This document shows positions 35,101 to 47,218 of a stretch of 64,000 nucleotides of DNA, in pieces. The notes under the pieces are model-generated. The model made no database searches and was not told the DNA's origin. It worked only from the letters and a program-made list of their open reading frames with translations. This DNA comes from Cycas panzhihuaensis (lineage: Eukaryota; Plantae; Cycadophyta). The DNA lies in the NCBI GenBank assembly GCA_023213395.1, contig CM041465.1:161145741-161209740 (forward strand), in the 5' to 3' direction. Position 1 is the stretch's first letter. Each line of letters opens with the position of its first letter. The position numbers were made by a program, and so were the translations under genes.

Positions 35101-38100
35101 TATGTGGTCTTTAGATTTATTTATGATGACTTCATCTTTTGAGTGAGAGCATTCTCCTAGTTCATATATGTAAGAGGACTCTTCCTCAATTACATTCTTC
35201 CCCTTATCACATTGAGTTATGTTGGCCATTAAGTAAGATTCATGTTGAGGAGTAGTAGTAAGAGAGACACCATCTAACCTATATAAGCTACCATCTTCAT
35301 GTCTTATCGCTATAAGTTTTCCTATAGCATGATTTGTAATTCTATAAATGCCCTTACTAAAGAGGACATCTAAGTTCTGCTTATCCATTTGGCTAATGGA
35401 AAGCAATTCATCTTCATATTAGGTACAAGGTACATATTACTGATGTGGTGTCTAATATTAGAGTCCTTCAATGTGATTGGTTCCCTACTAATTTTGGTCA
35501 CATTATAAGTCATATTATCCCTAAATATGACCATTTGAGTGTTGATTAGTTGGGTCTCTTCTAACATTTTTTTTTTAACCTATCATATGTCTTATTACAC
35601 CAGAATCAAGGAGCCATGTGGTCTCATCAAGTTGTGAGGATAGTGCTATAAAAAAGAGGTTATGAGAGGAGGAGTCTTGATTATCTCCCTTGTTACCACC
35701 TTGTTATTGATTGTATTATTAGTTCTTTAAATTCCTATTTGAGAACCATTACCTATTTTGAAGTCTTTATCCTTATGTAGGCCTTGGATTCCAATTCTAC
35801 TGATAGAATTAGCCTTGAGGTTGATATGATGGCCCCTCTTATAGGTAAAAGAGGCCTTCTTAGTGTTGAACAAGATGACCTTATTAATAATATAAGGCTT
35901 GCTTATTATGGAAAGGGGGATCCTTGAGGAGGGCATAGTTCTCCTTATTGATAAGAAGCTCCTTGTCTTTGTTGATTATAACTAGGGCCTCCTTGATGGT
36001 ATGCATATGCTCCTTATTATTAAATAGGGGGTGGTTGTTGATAAACTGGCCCATATTCTTATCTCCTTTAGTTTTATAAGAGTTGTAAATCATCCTATCT
36101 TCTCTTGCATTCAATAGTTAGGTGTCTAGATTTTCCACAGTAGAGGTAGGTAATATTTGGTTTGCCCTACCGATTCTTTTGAGACTATCCATGTGGTTGA
36201 TATTGTGACTGATGAGGCTAGTAATTTAGACAAAATGAGGAGAAGGTGCCAATAAGATGTTGTTGAGTTGGCTATTGATGTGACTCTTATGATATATAGA
36301 GAGAGAGTCCAAGAGTTGAGTTAGGTCTTATTGCTGACTAAGCTGTTGGGCTACTCTATTAACAATCTTGTCCTTTTTTGAGTTTTGGGTTGTAAAGGTA
36401 GGAGTTGAGTCAAATGTTGATGTTGCCCTAAGTTAATTGAGAATATTTTCTTCTCAAAGCAAGAGCCCCTCAAAGGTTATAAAGTCTATCTTAGAATAGT
36501 TACTGTGTAACTTAAAGACAAAGGAGTTATATTCAATGGGTAAAATATTTATAATGCTTAAGATTAGATCATGGTCGGAAGGTGGCTCACTAACGATAAT
36601 CAATTGGTTTTTAATGGTTTTGAATTTGGTCAAATGATTTGTAATATTTTTGGCAAAATGAATGGTAAATAGGTGAGCCTTAAGGGTAAGGGACCTAGAT
36701 TTATCCTTCCTCTCATAGTGGGAATAAAGTATGGTCCAAGCTTCATTTGAGCATTATACTACTTCGATGTTTTGATCCACTTGGTCTTTAACCACTAAGT
36801 AGAGAAAGGATAGTGCTATGTTATCCTTAGCTTTGAAGTTTATTAAGGCTACATGATTAGGTAGAATAATTTTAGTGGAATTATTAGGATCTTAAGTTGG
36901 CTTAGGCATGGTTATGTCCCCATTGATGTAGGCCCAATATTCATTTATGATGAGCAAGGTTTTGACTTGATTTTTTTATGGTATAAAGTTATTAATATCA
37001 TTGAGTTTAATATTGTTGTAAAGAATCATTTGTAATGCCATATTTGAAATGTTTTTGTATTTAATATTTTTTAACATATTTGTATGGTGAGGTACTAATC
37101 TATCTAAGTGGCTTTAATCTAGAATCTAAGGCTAGGGTCTCTAGGAAAGCTCTTAGTTACTATTATGTTTAATAGTGTTTGCCCACAAGTGGCAAACCAA
37201 GGACCCAACATACTAATAGGTGAGCTCAAGGGATTAATATATCTTAATACATAGGCTACTGAGAAGGTTTCCCACCTAGATCAGTCTTATGCTGAATGAT
37301 AGATCTAGTGGTGAGGACTTACTAACCAAGACACTCACTCCCTTAGCTTAGCTCAGTCTTCAAACTCCAAAAGATAGGGTCTCCTCCTTAGCTTGCCACC
37401 TATTACACCTAATAACCAATGACATTTCTCATCCAATATGAGTAGACCAAGGGCATATATATGGTGGTAACTTTAGGGTTCCTAATTGTTTTCCTTGCAA
37501 GGTTAAAAATAGGGATTTAATTAAGGAGTTATCTTTTTTCATGTGAAAATTTAATCTTTTAAGTAAGTTTCCTATACACAAAAGGTTCTTTTTTAAGTAA
37601 TAAATGAAATGAAAAGGAAATAAAGTAAATTAAAATGATAAGGGTAGGTTTAGAATGCTCTTGATGGGCCAAGCTTTGAGAGTTAGCTTCTTTAACCTTC
37701 CAAGAGTAACACCTATATATGAGACACCACCATGCACTAATTAACTTTAAAAGATATAAAGTGAATTACTAAAAGTGATGAGCCACAACCTAATCTAGTA
37801 AAAGAATCTCAAGAAAATTAAAAAATACCTTTAAATTTTGAAAAATAAAGCTCAAATATAAAGGTCAACTTGAGAAGCTAATATCTCTTATAAATCAACT
37901 CTAAATCTAGCTAAATTTGATTTTAAACTACATAACTCTGAATCAGTTTTCTATCACTTTAAACGGTTTATAAATTAGATAAATGGTTTAAAAGATATTG
38001 TATAAATAGTGTAGATACTTTTTTTTAGGTTTGTGTGACCTATGCATAAAAATGGGTGACCAAAGGAGAAGTGTAAAACCCTAACAAGAGATTAAATGGC

Positions 38101-38500
38101 CTCCGAATGAGACAAAATTTTAGAAAAAGGGATGTAATGATGAGAGATATTGAATAGAAGTGGAATTTTTAAAAAAGAAGCTTATATTGAGGAGACATAG
38201 TTATGGAAGTCTAGGGGGCTACAAGCACCTAACTAAGTAAAATAAAACCTAAAACCACCTCAAATCTCTTTTAAGAAGAATTAAGAATGGGTTTAGGGCT
38301 GTCAAAAGGACAAATAAAACTCTAATTAGATTTGTAGTGAATGAAAAATATTATTTTTCATTTGTTTTCTTCAGAAAACTTAGATCCAAACCCTAGATGA
38401 CTGCAAATGAGCAAATAAGCTACTCTAAGAGGTTGTAAATAATTAGAACTAGTTTCTCTTAGCTTCAACACTATACAAAACTCAGATTTTTGCTAAACAC
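32170..38500 (-). mobile_element. Ty1/copia element 2 with full domain set (decayed); PPT 32372-32380, 3' LTR starting at 32371
   Basis: gag ATG at 37041; knuckle YLYCGKSRHLTIEC; PR WLLDSG; INT DNGGKY, QNGVAKRMNRTL; RT LYVDDF; RH RTKYIKFHHHFI, DIFTKA; outer boundaries approximate. Confidence 0.9.
32395..37041 (-). pseudogene. Copia gag-pol polyprotein pseudogene
   Basis: Track ORFs 33074-33355 (IVLYVDDFAIT...YFLRIEF), 34396-34602 and 35098-35406 plus intervening motifs. Confidence 0.9.
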
Positions 38501-39199
38501 ATGAAAGAAATAGAGAAAAATTAACTAAACTCAATTAATGAAGTGTAGATATTAGATTTGAGCTATTTAATTGAGTGATGGAGTGATAGAGAAGATAATA
38601 CATAATAATCAAATAATATACAAACTTATCAAAGAGTGATACATAATGAGTATGCAAAAAGGTATGAGTTAGAAAAGAGATGAAGTATACATCACAATAA
38701 TAACATTCAAAGACCATTTTAATGGCATAACTAGTGGATCTATTCATAGCATCCTACATTAGATAATTGGGATAACTCAATATTAGCAACCTCTGACATT
38801 TTGTATTGGAGTATTAAATTTGGATATAACTAAACTCATCTATTAGATGGAAAAAAATCTCACTTTAGTAGATTGTATATAAGCATGAGGTAACACCTTA
38901 GAAGGGGGTTTAGAGAGCAAACTTAGGACTTTAGTTCTTGGGACTTCTGGACTTGGATAGAAGTAAAATACTATATTGTAAGTTATAATTTTTGTACATT
39001 ATATTTAGTGTTCACTACGGCTGAACCTTTATAATGTGAATAATTCTTTGTAATAATATAAAGAGCCCTTTATTGAGATCATAGTTGTAGTGTTGTGGTG
39101 TTTCCATGCTTATTTTAATTACATAACGTTTGAGAGTTCTTTAGACAAATTGTTGTACATATGTTGGGTATCCAACATAGTTTGGAGAAAAGCAAATGG

Positions 39200-41600
39200 T
39201 ATCATGCTAGTTCCATAGGAAGATTTCTAATTTCATCTATATAATTAATTACCTCTTCATTCCTCCATTTAAAATGTAGATCTTATTAGCCTCTTAATGC
39301 ATAAAAAATAATTTATAAATGAATCTAATATTATCATCTCACCTTAGATCTCAGTCTAGGCAAAGATTCATCTTCTTTATCTATGGTTTCAAGCTTTGGT
39401 ATTATTTCTTCTTCCTTAACCATGGAATCATTAGTAACCTTTCCATAAGCATGATTAACATTCAAATCTTTTATTCAAACCTCCAACATAATTCTATTAG
39501 CACCTTGACTTTGTAAAACTTTTAACTTGTCTTTAACATTCTTGATCTTTTGATAAAAGGTGTATATATTTGTTTGATAAACATGAGGCTCATTGCACCA
39601 AGTTTGAATATACTCCTTAAATTGGGGTTGTGATGTGAGTATAATGTTAAACTGAAATAGATAATTTTGAGGAAGAGAGCAATTGATCATCTTTAGAATA
39701 ATTGAAAAATGATCAAATCTAGCTTTAGGCATATTAAAGAATCATATTCATTGTCCCTATCTTTAAGAGATTCAATAACTAAAAACCTAGTTAATCTTTC
39801 TAGGATAAAAGATGTATATTTTTGTTGATTGGTATAAGTAAAAATTCCAATTTTAGGATAACATCAACCAAATGTAAATTATTTGCTATATTAATTATCT
39901 CCTTAGCATGTTTATCAATTAATGAAATTCCTCCATTTTTCTCATCTATATTGAGGGTAGCATTGAAATCTCCTCTAATAATCTAGTTCTAAGGAACATT
40001 TAATAGTCCATTCTCTTTAATCTTTTACCAACAAAGTTTGGATAAATCAAATTGGTTTGTCCATATATATTTGTAATATTAAAGGATTTTTTCATATTTA
40101 AGCATTCTACTTCAATATGAATCTATACTTCATCCTCAAATTCCTGAACTAATCTAAAATAATTCATGTTCCAAATTTTGTCTAGCTTACTAGCTTGACC
40201 CTTTGGGCTAACTGCATTGACCTCTCAATTAAGAAACACATCACATAACTACCCAATCTTAGATTTAGAAAGTTTAGTTTCTTGTAATAAGATGATTTTA
40301 GGCTTCTCATTATACATCATCTTTTATAGAGTTCTTTTGGCCAAGAAAGAACCTAATCCTATGATATTTCATGGAAAAATCTTTAGTTTTTATAAGTTAG
40401 GCCTCTTTTTTTTTCTCCCTCCTATATCTTTCTTAGATTAAAAAAGTAATCATTTTTATTTATCTTCATTGATTTCTTGTGAAGAAATCTTAGTCTACAT
40501 CTCCATATTTGCTAGTCTCCTAGCTTTTTTCTTACTAGTCAATCTTGGATCCATAATAATATTATAAGATTTAATAGAATGAATGCCTCTTAACATTAAT
40601 GGTTCTTATTCATCTATCAAATTTTAATAATATTTATGAAGCATTGAATCCCTATTAGATCTTCACTTGGGTCTTGTTCCTCTTCTTTCCCAAAACCCTC
40701 CAAGTTTTTCTCCATAATTGGAGTTTAATTCTCTTCATAGGATGGTTGTACTCTCCCTTATCTACCATGTAGGATCATACTTAATTATTTTCTTATTCTT
40801 ATTTTCCTATGATAATATGTTTAAGGGGTTTTGATTATTCATCATATTACTATTTTTATTCTTATTTATCCTATCAATCCTTTTCCATCCAACCTTTATA
40901 AAACCCTTATCATTTCTAATTTTATTCCCATTGTATGTTATCTAAGATTAGGAGGGTCAGCTTTTAGAAAAATAGTTATATCAATGGTATAGATTATATA
41001 TGAATGAGATTTATTCATAATCTAGGTTTTGTTTCCATTTTCACCCTTCAAAGGATAGAATAATTATCTATCTATCATGTCAACTCTAACACAAATCCTA
41101 GAAAAGGACATAAGCTCTTTTTTCTTTCCTTTTATTGTTGTTTTAGCTATCTTAATATAAAAACCCACTTTATTTTCTATGAATTTAAAAGTGTTCTCTT
41201 TCCAAAGTAATAAGGGAATGTGTAACTATTTGATTTACATAGGTAGTTTCTTAGGGATTTATTTAGCTAGGTCAAAAGAAATATCCATGTTTCTAATGCA
41301 TAGGAAATAATGAGCCATATAACATGAACTAGATTAAATACTTTCTCCTTAGCCTTAGATCTTATAAAAATAACCACAAAAAACCTCTTACTATAAATAG
41401 GATTTTTGTCTCTTCAAAGATTGAATAAAACTAGTTTAAATTTAACTAGGTTTTGATGCCATTTAAATTAGGCTAGAGATTAAAAAACTTATATACCAGG
41501 CCCTTGTTTATGTTACAAACCTAATAGGTTTAGTAACATGTCGTGTCTTATGAGCAACACCAATTGATAGAAATATATTGATTATGAAGGAAATAATATA
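39200..41600 (-). mobile_element. L1 LINE 5' remnant: ORF1 (DUF4283-like) and APE endonuclease
   Basis: NIIGLG...KPKIILLQETK, RGDFNATL, ERLTRFL, FDHFSI (SDH motif); ORF1 HIPLLLW...FSRICVRVD. Confidence 0.85.
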
Positions 41601-42900
41601 GAAAATAAGTTAAATAAGATGAATATTAGTCCTCTTCAAGGAGGGGGCTCTCCCTAGAACCACCATTGCCTCTGGTGGTCTCCAAATAGCTAATGCTCAA
41701 AAATAAACTCAACAATAATCTTCCTTTGATCTTATACATTTTAAATATGATGTAGAAGATTGTCATTACCCAATAGATATATTAGTTCACCTAAAAATAT
41801 ATGACTATTAGTTCATAACAAGTCCCCCCCATTAAAAAAACGCTCTATCCTTAAAGCATTAGAACTCATAGGTTTTATTGGTACCAATTTACATATTCTA
41901 ATGTTGAATCTTTGATGACTATATATTTTTATTGAATAAGTTATTCTTTTATTTCTCTATTACACAACTATCATGATCTTATCTAGATTATTTCTTTTGG
42001 TTATAGGACATAGGATCCTTCTTTATCTAACTCAGGTAGGGATCTTTGCACTATGATTATGTCTTTAACTTTACCTTCTAGATATGAGTTATGGAATATA
42101 TTATATACCTTTGTATTTGGAATATCTAATTGCTAAGTAACTTCTCTAATTATCCTTTATATTTAAAAGGGACCATAAAACTTTAATTGTAATTTTTGTT
42201 TCTTTAGTTTCTTTAATAAAGTTTGTTTATAAGGATATGAACTTAAAAATACCTAATCTTTGATGTTAAATTATCTTTCTATGTGGTGTGAGTCTTGTTG
42301 TCACTTCATCCTATTTCTTATTGTATTTAAGTTATCCTTAGGGATTAAGCATGTCTTCCATTTTTATAACATATTCATTAGCAACTTGGACTTTAGATTG
42401 AGTGATAGTATGGATAAGAGATGTTAGATCATAACCATAGAGTGCTTTAAATAGGGTCATTTATGTTGTTATGTTATATATAGTGTTACATCACCACTCT
42501 ACTAAGTGCAACTAGTGATACCAATGTGATTATTTGTCTAAAGTAAAACATCAAAGATACCCTTATGAACATTTATTTATTACTTCCGATTGACTATCCA
42601 TCTAAGGATGATAAACAATGCACATGGTTAATTTGGTTCCTACTAAAGAAAACATCTCCTCTGAAAAACTACTTATAAATTTAGGACCTCAATCATTGAT
42701 AATAACTTTTGGAAATCCATCTAATTAATGGATATCCTTTATGAAAATATTCACTATTTATCTAGATTTAAAAGTTGACTATATCACTCTAAAATGAGTA
42801 TATTTAATCACTTTATTAGCAACCAAAAATACTGAATCATATCATTTTAGAATAGTATTCTTGTGACAAAATCCATTGATATCTATAAACTATGAGGGGA
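41600..42900 (-). mobile_element. Chromovirus-like gypsy 3' remnant: integrase core, PPT about 41822-41832, LTR starting at 41820
   Basis: LDGFPKVIIND.GPKFIS...YHP.MDSQSEVINK; G-rich PPT followed by TGTTATG. Confidence 0.75.
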
Positions 42901-44589
42901 TAATGTTTCTCATGTAACCTAAAACTAGACCTAGGGTAGAAGATCTAGGTCAAAGAGGGAAATTAAGCAATATACTTGTGTATATACATGGATGCAAGTG
43001 TAGGGATAAGATATAGCCTAAGATTGGAAAAGAAAGTATGTATATAAATGATAAAAGAGAAGCGAGGCAGGGGGGGATTGAACTAAGTTAAACATCTACT
43101 CAATACATAAAATGAAATAAAGAAGAAACTGGGCACATACTTAAAAGATGAAAGAAATAAATTAAAGTTAGCTAAAATAAGCCTCCTTAGAAGGAGCAAA
43201 TTAGGAATTATCTTGGGAACGAGGAGGATCATTAGGGCACAGGTGCCCTAAATTATGGTGAATCCTTATGAATCTATCCTCAGAACTATTACCTTAGAAG
43301 GAAACTAACCTCTATCATCCTTATTTCCTATAATTTGAGAATGATATGGACAAAATAATGACATGTAAGTAAAGGTCTATACTTGCCCCTTTATTTTCTA
43401 TAGTTTTTTATCAACTAGGATTAGTTAATTATGAGTGTATACATAAGTTTTCTTATTGATGTGCTTGATGAGTCAATTTCCCTTTGTTAATGATAAGTTC
43501 AACCATGGTTGATGGATATTCAATCATCCCTTTAGGTTTACCTAGTTGAGAAAGGTTGCTTAATAACCCTACAAGGTGTCGTTTGTTCATTTTCTACTTG
43601 GTTTGTATAATTCTTTATTTAATCCTCCTCTTTTGGCCTCATTTTACCCTCATTTTGTCCCATTTTCTTCACCATTTACTTTGTCCCACTCCCTATTTGG
43701 GTTGCATCACATCGTTCTTTGTATCCTACATTGCCTGCTATCTTTTTTGCTTTATTTTATGCCTAGCAAGTAGGACTCTGCAAAGAATCTTCATGGTATT
43801 GTGATGAACTTCATGGTACCATGATTAACTTCATGGTACTAATTTCATAAGCTAAATTTTTTTTTGGACTCATATTTGTTTGCATATTTATGGTGACCAA
43901 ACACTTCTTTATTTATTAATAGTCCAATCTTAGGATATGGACCATTTGTTAGATTAAAACCATGGGCCATATCCCATCTAAAAACCACGGATCTAATGGT
44001 TTTAGGCTAAATCCATGGGTAAATCCCTATGGATTTAGGCCCATGGTTTCATTCCTTCCTATGCACTTAAAACCATGGGCCAAGCCTATTGTCCTTAACT
44101 ATCTATCTCCCCTCTTCCATGTGAGGGTGGAGTCAAGAAAGACATCATCACACTATTTCTATATTACTAAAATCTTTCCAAATATAAACAAAACCATTAG
44201 TTCTCAACTCTTGACTTCTATCTTAGCTTGGAAACTATTACCTAGTAATGTTGGAGCATCCTTCAATTGGAGAATATTTTTCATTGATGTCATATTCATT
44301 GATTAGAATGGGATAATCCACTCATCACTCTATTGGTAGGTCCATTTCAAGTATTTTTGGTTGTTTTGCTTCAATTGGTGAAGTATTACCTTATTACCCT
44401 TGTCTCTTTATTGTTTATATCATTTTGTTTCTAGTTTTTTCCCTCTATTTTGCTTACTTTTCCTTATCTATTTGTCAAGTCACCTTATGGGGGGAAAGTT
44501 GCCAAGTATTACTTGGCAAACCTTTATACACAAGGGACTTTCTATTATTTCTAAGTCCCCCCTTTCCCTATGTCATTAAGCTATCGGGT

Positions 44590-45575
44590 TTGTCTGCTTA
44601 ACACTATTTGTGACATTATCCTTGAAGAAGTATTAGACTAGTCAGAAACCTTCTATTAACTATTTCAAGATATTTAGGAGCATTGCATATGCACACATCA
44701 TAGATATACATCAAAAGAAGTTGGATTGTAATAGTTTGAAGTGTATTTTTATGGAGTACTTATAAGAGAATAAGGCTTATAAACTTTGGGATCCACAAGG
44801 GAAGAAACATTTGCTTAGTCAGGATATTAAGTTTGATGAATCAATGATATATCATACTAAGACGTTATTTGAAGATACCTTTTATTCTCAACTTATTCTA
44901 TTTTTTAATTATGTTTTAGTAGGTATGAAGGTTTACGAGCCTAACATTATGTCAAGACCTAGTGGGACCTAATAGAAGTAGGACCTAATGGGAGTAATGA
45001 TGAGGTGACATTACAATAAGAGGTATGGATAACACCCTATGTTCTATTATGGGCTAGGAGGACCATTGAGAACTCTAGTATAACTGTTAAAGATCTATAG
45101 GATGGTTAAAGAATAAGGAGTTAGTATGCCAATCAAACTTTGGTGGTGGACACCAATGATTTCAACTATTCCATTTCATATAAGAAAGCAAAAGAGGATC
45201 AATAATAGAAAGCTACAATAGAGGAGGAGTATAGTTCACTCATGAAGAATGATACATAGGATTTGGTTCCTTTACCTCCATCCAAGAACTTAGTTAAATA
45301 TAAGTGGATCTATGAGATAAAGTATTACTCCAATTGAGAGGAAGATTGGTATAAAGTTAGACCTATTACATAGGGTTTTAAATACAAGGAAGGAATTGAA
45401 TATGAGGGGATATTTACACCAGTCTCTAAGATGACAATAGTTTAATTGATCATTGTTTTAGCAACTACATTTAGTTGGGGGTTATATCAGATAGACATAG
45501 AGTTAACATTCCTTAATGGAGACATAAGAGAGGATATCTACATGGCTCAACCTCTTGGTTTTGTCAAGGAAACGG
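44590..45575 (+). mobile_element. Copia pol fragment (integrase C-terminus to RT N-half)
   Basis: KKLDCNSLKCIF..KAYKLWD; EEEYSSLMKNDT; YQIDIELTFLNGDIREDIYMAQPLGF. Confidence 0.85.
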
Positions 45576-45882
45576 TTGAGTACTAAGGACTAAGTGTCAG
45601 TGTGAGGGAAGTTATATGTTTATAGGGACTTTTAGAGAATCTTTATAATAAACTATTACAATAAAACCTCGAGGTATTAATGAAGATTACCCAAGTATGT
45701 AACATTTCTTCCCCCATAAGGCATCGACACCCTCATGATCCACTCTCAGTAATTTCACACCTCATCAAGCCTCGAACGAATTTATAGGATTCTTCCAACT
45801 AAACCTTCAGTCCTTCTTCTTATCCAAGTCTTTAATTTAAAGTCCATAATCCAAATCCCCAACCTTCAATCTAAAGTTAAAA

Positions 45883-45889
45883 AGAGAGA

Positions 45890-45931
<42 letters not shown>
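45883..45931. repeat. (GA)n microsatellite
   Basis: Seen directly. Confidence 0.95.
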
Positions 45932-45935
<4 letters not shown>

Positions 45936-47218
45936 TAAGAGCTATCACTTGGTTTATAGGGTTATATTTAAAAATACTTCTTTATTTTAAATAAAACCTA
46001 CACCATTAAACTCAATGTAAAAAAAGAAAAAAATTCTATGGCTCTAAATTAATCCTAATTATTCATACATCTTATTTTAATTAGTATATCATGCTAATCA
46101 TTTTGCACTAGGAGAGTTTTAATTACTATTTTTGGTATAAAATGATATGTATATCCCATGGGCCCTACAACCTATATTTTCTACTTTAAAACTCACCTAC
46201 CATATTTTAATAAGATTTTTGCACTTATCTTAATATACTCAGTGAATTTATTATATATTTTTAAGGGGGGCAATAGGTTATAGACACTGAAGTATTCCCT
46301 TTTGAAAAATCAACCTTGCAAATACAAATTAATAGGAATAGAAGCCAAATATCACTTTAATGAGAACAAAATATGCAAATAGAATACAAATTGAACACCA
46401 AAGGGAGTAATGAAGAACTTTCTTTTTAAAGGATAACAATACTTAACAATGTTTTACAAGTGATACTCACCCCTTAAATAGATATGCTGGGGTCTTCCTC
46501 CTTATGATCCTATTAGTGGCCCTAGCAGCCTTACATTTTATTAGAGAGATTAGTGGCCTATACACATATCTTAATAACTAATATCAATCCTTAGCCCTTT
46601 GGTGGCTCTCGCTTGCTAATGCTTAGAAAAGATAGGTCTCATTAATCATTAAGTTAGGGTAACTTAGAAGATTATCATATGATTGAGCTAAAATGTTTGT
46701 CAAAAATAGAGGAATAAGTCACCAGTATAAAGAAGCATTTAAAGATAGATCATGATTAATAGATAAACTTCACATATCTAAAATGGACAATAAAAGAATT
46801 TAGTATTATAAACCATATATTGCTTTGAGCAAAACCAAAACAAAGTTCCTTGAAGTTTGGAAGATATAGAAAGTTAGTATTAAGATATTAAGGACTGTTT
46901 AAAATCTTAAAGAGGATAAGATCTATTACATATAGTCTTATATTACCATGTAGTTCATATATGTATAATTATTTTTATTTTTTTCTTTTAAAAAGATATG
47001 TATAAAATATTAACCATACACTAAGTCTTCATAGCATTGGAGATGAGGATATTATTAGATGAACTCGTCATATTTCTAAGTTACTTTATCTACATCACAA
47101 CCAACCCATTGTACCACATTCTTAGAAACAATATAATTTTAGAGGTGGCACTAGTGGTTAGCAATGATTTTATTAGGTGGGATTATAAGAGTTTTCTCAT
47201 CAGTGAGAATGAGTAAAG

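Noticed and set aside
38800-39177. Possible solo LTR (TATTGG...CCAACA)
   Set aside because: No TSD, PBS or second copy visible; insufficient support
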